This document shows positions 62,329-64,000 of a DNA stretch of 64,000 nt, piece after piece. Source of the stretch: Octopus sinensis (lineage: Eukaryota); the NCBI RefSeq assembly GCF_006345805.1, contig NC_042998.1:165912001-165976000 (forward strand). Direction: 5' to 3'. The notes below the pieces were generated by a model. The model did not search any database, had not been told where the DNA came from, and saw only the letters and a list, made by a program, of their open reading frames with translations. A program made the translations under genes and the position numbers. Position 1 is the stretch's first letter, and the number at the start of each line of letters is the position of its first letter.

Positions 62329-64000
62329 AAGTTGATAAGTAATTTTTATTTTTCTTCAAACAATTTATTAAAAATTGCAATAGTTAATGTTTACAGTTTC
62401 ATTGATGTATGGATTGATTGTTCATGTAAAAGCTGGTTATATTCCTAGGAGATAGATCACCTTAAAGGTATGGAGCACTTTACAGAACCTGTAATGTACT
62501 AAGAGATTTAATTCAATCTACAAAACGCTGGATATTACATATGTGTGAAGAGTAATGCTGACAAGCAGCCTTACAATTCGATATAAGCCTGATATTCTAA
62601 ACAAACATTTAGATCAGTGCATATATGTTTGAGACTTGTGAAAAAAGCTGTTAGCACCACAATTTGTCATAGAGAAAAATCCAGCTCCAGGCAACAGGTG
62701 TCAGAATACCAAGCCATCTCACAGTGTCTTCCAGTGGAATAATAAATGCATTTCAAACTGTTTGGTTATCATCTGCATGAAGTACAACAAGGGAGACAAC
62801 TTAGAAATGACTGTGCTATGGCTTCTATAGAAAATCAGTATAAATTATAAAGTGATTAAATGCAATGCCAAATAGGCTAGAATAAAAAAAAAAATGTAGT
62901 AGGCCAGAGGATGCCATAAGATGACTTGGTGTTTTGACACATATCGCTTAAAGTGAGATTTTTCTCCATGGCAAATTGCATTGGAAACAGGTGTTTTTAT
63001 AGGTCAGATATGTCTCAAAACATATTTCAACTGATCTAAATATTTGTTTAATTCACAATCCTACTTTCATATGCCTACTACATATCTGATATTCTGATTT
63101 TGAAATTCAATAAGACAATTTCAGATTCAGGGCAACCAAATATTACATGAGAAAATTAAAGAGGTGTGAGCTATGAGATAGCTAATGAGAAATTAAATAA
63201 AATGGAATATGAACCAGATGACATCAAAAGAAACAATTAGTTTTTTTTTTTTTTTTCTTTTTCTTTTTGTTACTGACCTCATATAGTTGCATACTTTGAT
63301 TTTCAACAGTCTAGCCAAACATCGAAGACAAACTAAATTGTTAAAAGACAGGTGTAAGTAGTTAACACATTAAAGCAAAATGCATGAACATTATTGATAT
63401 TTAATTAAAAATATAATTTAACTATTTATTTTTATAAAATGTTGAAAACCTTTTGGGTGTATATTTTTAAGAATATTTTATTTGTCTCCACCAAATATGA
63501 CAGTCATTGGTTGTTTGATATTTTCAACTCATAGAATTAACCAACAATGGTTTATTAAATCTATTGACATCACCAGGGGATATATATTATAGGAATAATT
63601 TGCTGTAGCAGCTTCCTGTTTCAAGCCAACAGGCACAGTGAAACTCTGTACTGCAAGCTAACAAAACATTGGTCAGTTATGAGTGTCCTTTAGGATATTT
63701 GGTGTTGAATTCAAGAGGTAAGGTGGTCGAATGTAGGTGAAGGGAAAGCAAAGAATGTTGATGGTGGGACAGATACGAGTTGGAGGGTTGGAGATCCTCT
63801 CAATAGTGCAGTGGCACCAATAGTTGGTTAGGAGTAGAGGATAGCAGATTTGGTATGAGTGAGGTTGGGATGAGATGGAACCTATGTAAGAGTTGGAGTC
63901 AGTAGGTGTATAAAAGGGCAGAAGTGTAAAGGCTGGTGTGCGCAACAGAGATAGAGATGTCCTAGAAGTTTACAGAGGTAGTGGAGACAATGGATATGAA

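Noticed and set aside
1-64000. CRISPR arrays, operons, rRNA, snoRNA
   Set aside because: Eukaryotic intron-rich DNA; no regularly spaced repeat-spacer array, rRNA or convincing C/D or H/ACA snoRNA was seen.

Overview
AT-rich, repeat-dense eukaryotic genomic DNA. The SINE/LINE repertoire and microsatellite load suggest an octopod cephalopod (inferred, not verified). One clear host gene is present: a + strand ubiquitin-conjugating enzyme E2 S (UBE2S) with four coding exons at 43986-44133, 47625-47815, 52490-52623 and 54699-54849. They splice in frame to 207 aa, but the exon carrying the start codon is not identified. A CpG-rich promoter-like island at about 7.8-13 kb is the likely transcription start, implying a first intron of about 35 kb, and may be bidirectional. 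The rest is layered mobile DNA: two full-length decayed Tc1/mariner elements, piggyBac, Tigger/pogo, Gypsy integrase, RTE and R4-like LINE remnants, Helitrons (one carrying a PIF1-helicase fragment), TTAA and hAT MITEs, and several tRNA-derived SINE families. The most notable observations are: (1) a 361-nt tandem/inverted repeat at 58.7-59.6 kb containing a minimal type I hammerhead ribozyme motif, a retrozyme/Penelope-like candidate; (2) a second family of hammerhead-like motifs in Penelope-type inverted repeats at 34.7 and 62.0 kb; (3) a near-perfect 265-bp-arm palindrome inside a Helitron cluster; (4) a young RTE insertion with a 5' inversion consistent with twin priming. All coordinates were read by eye, and repeat boundaries are approximate.
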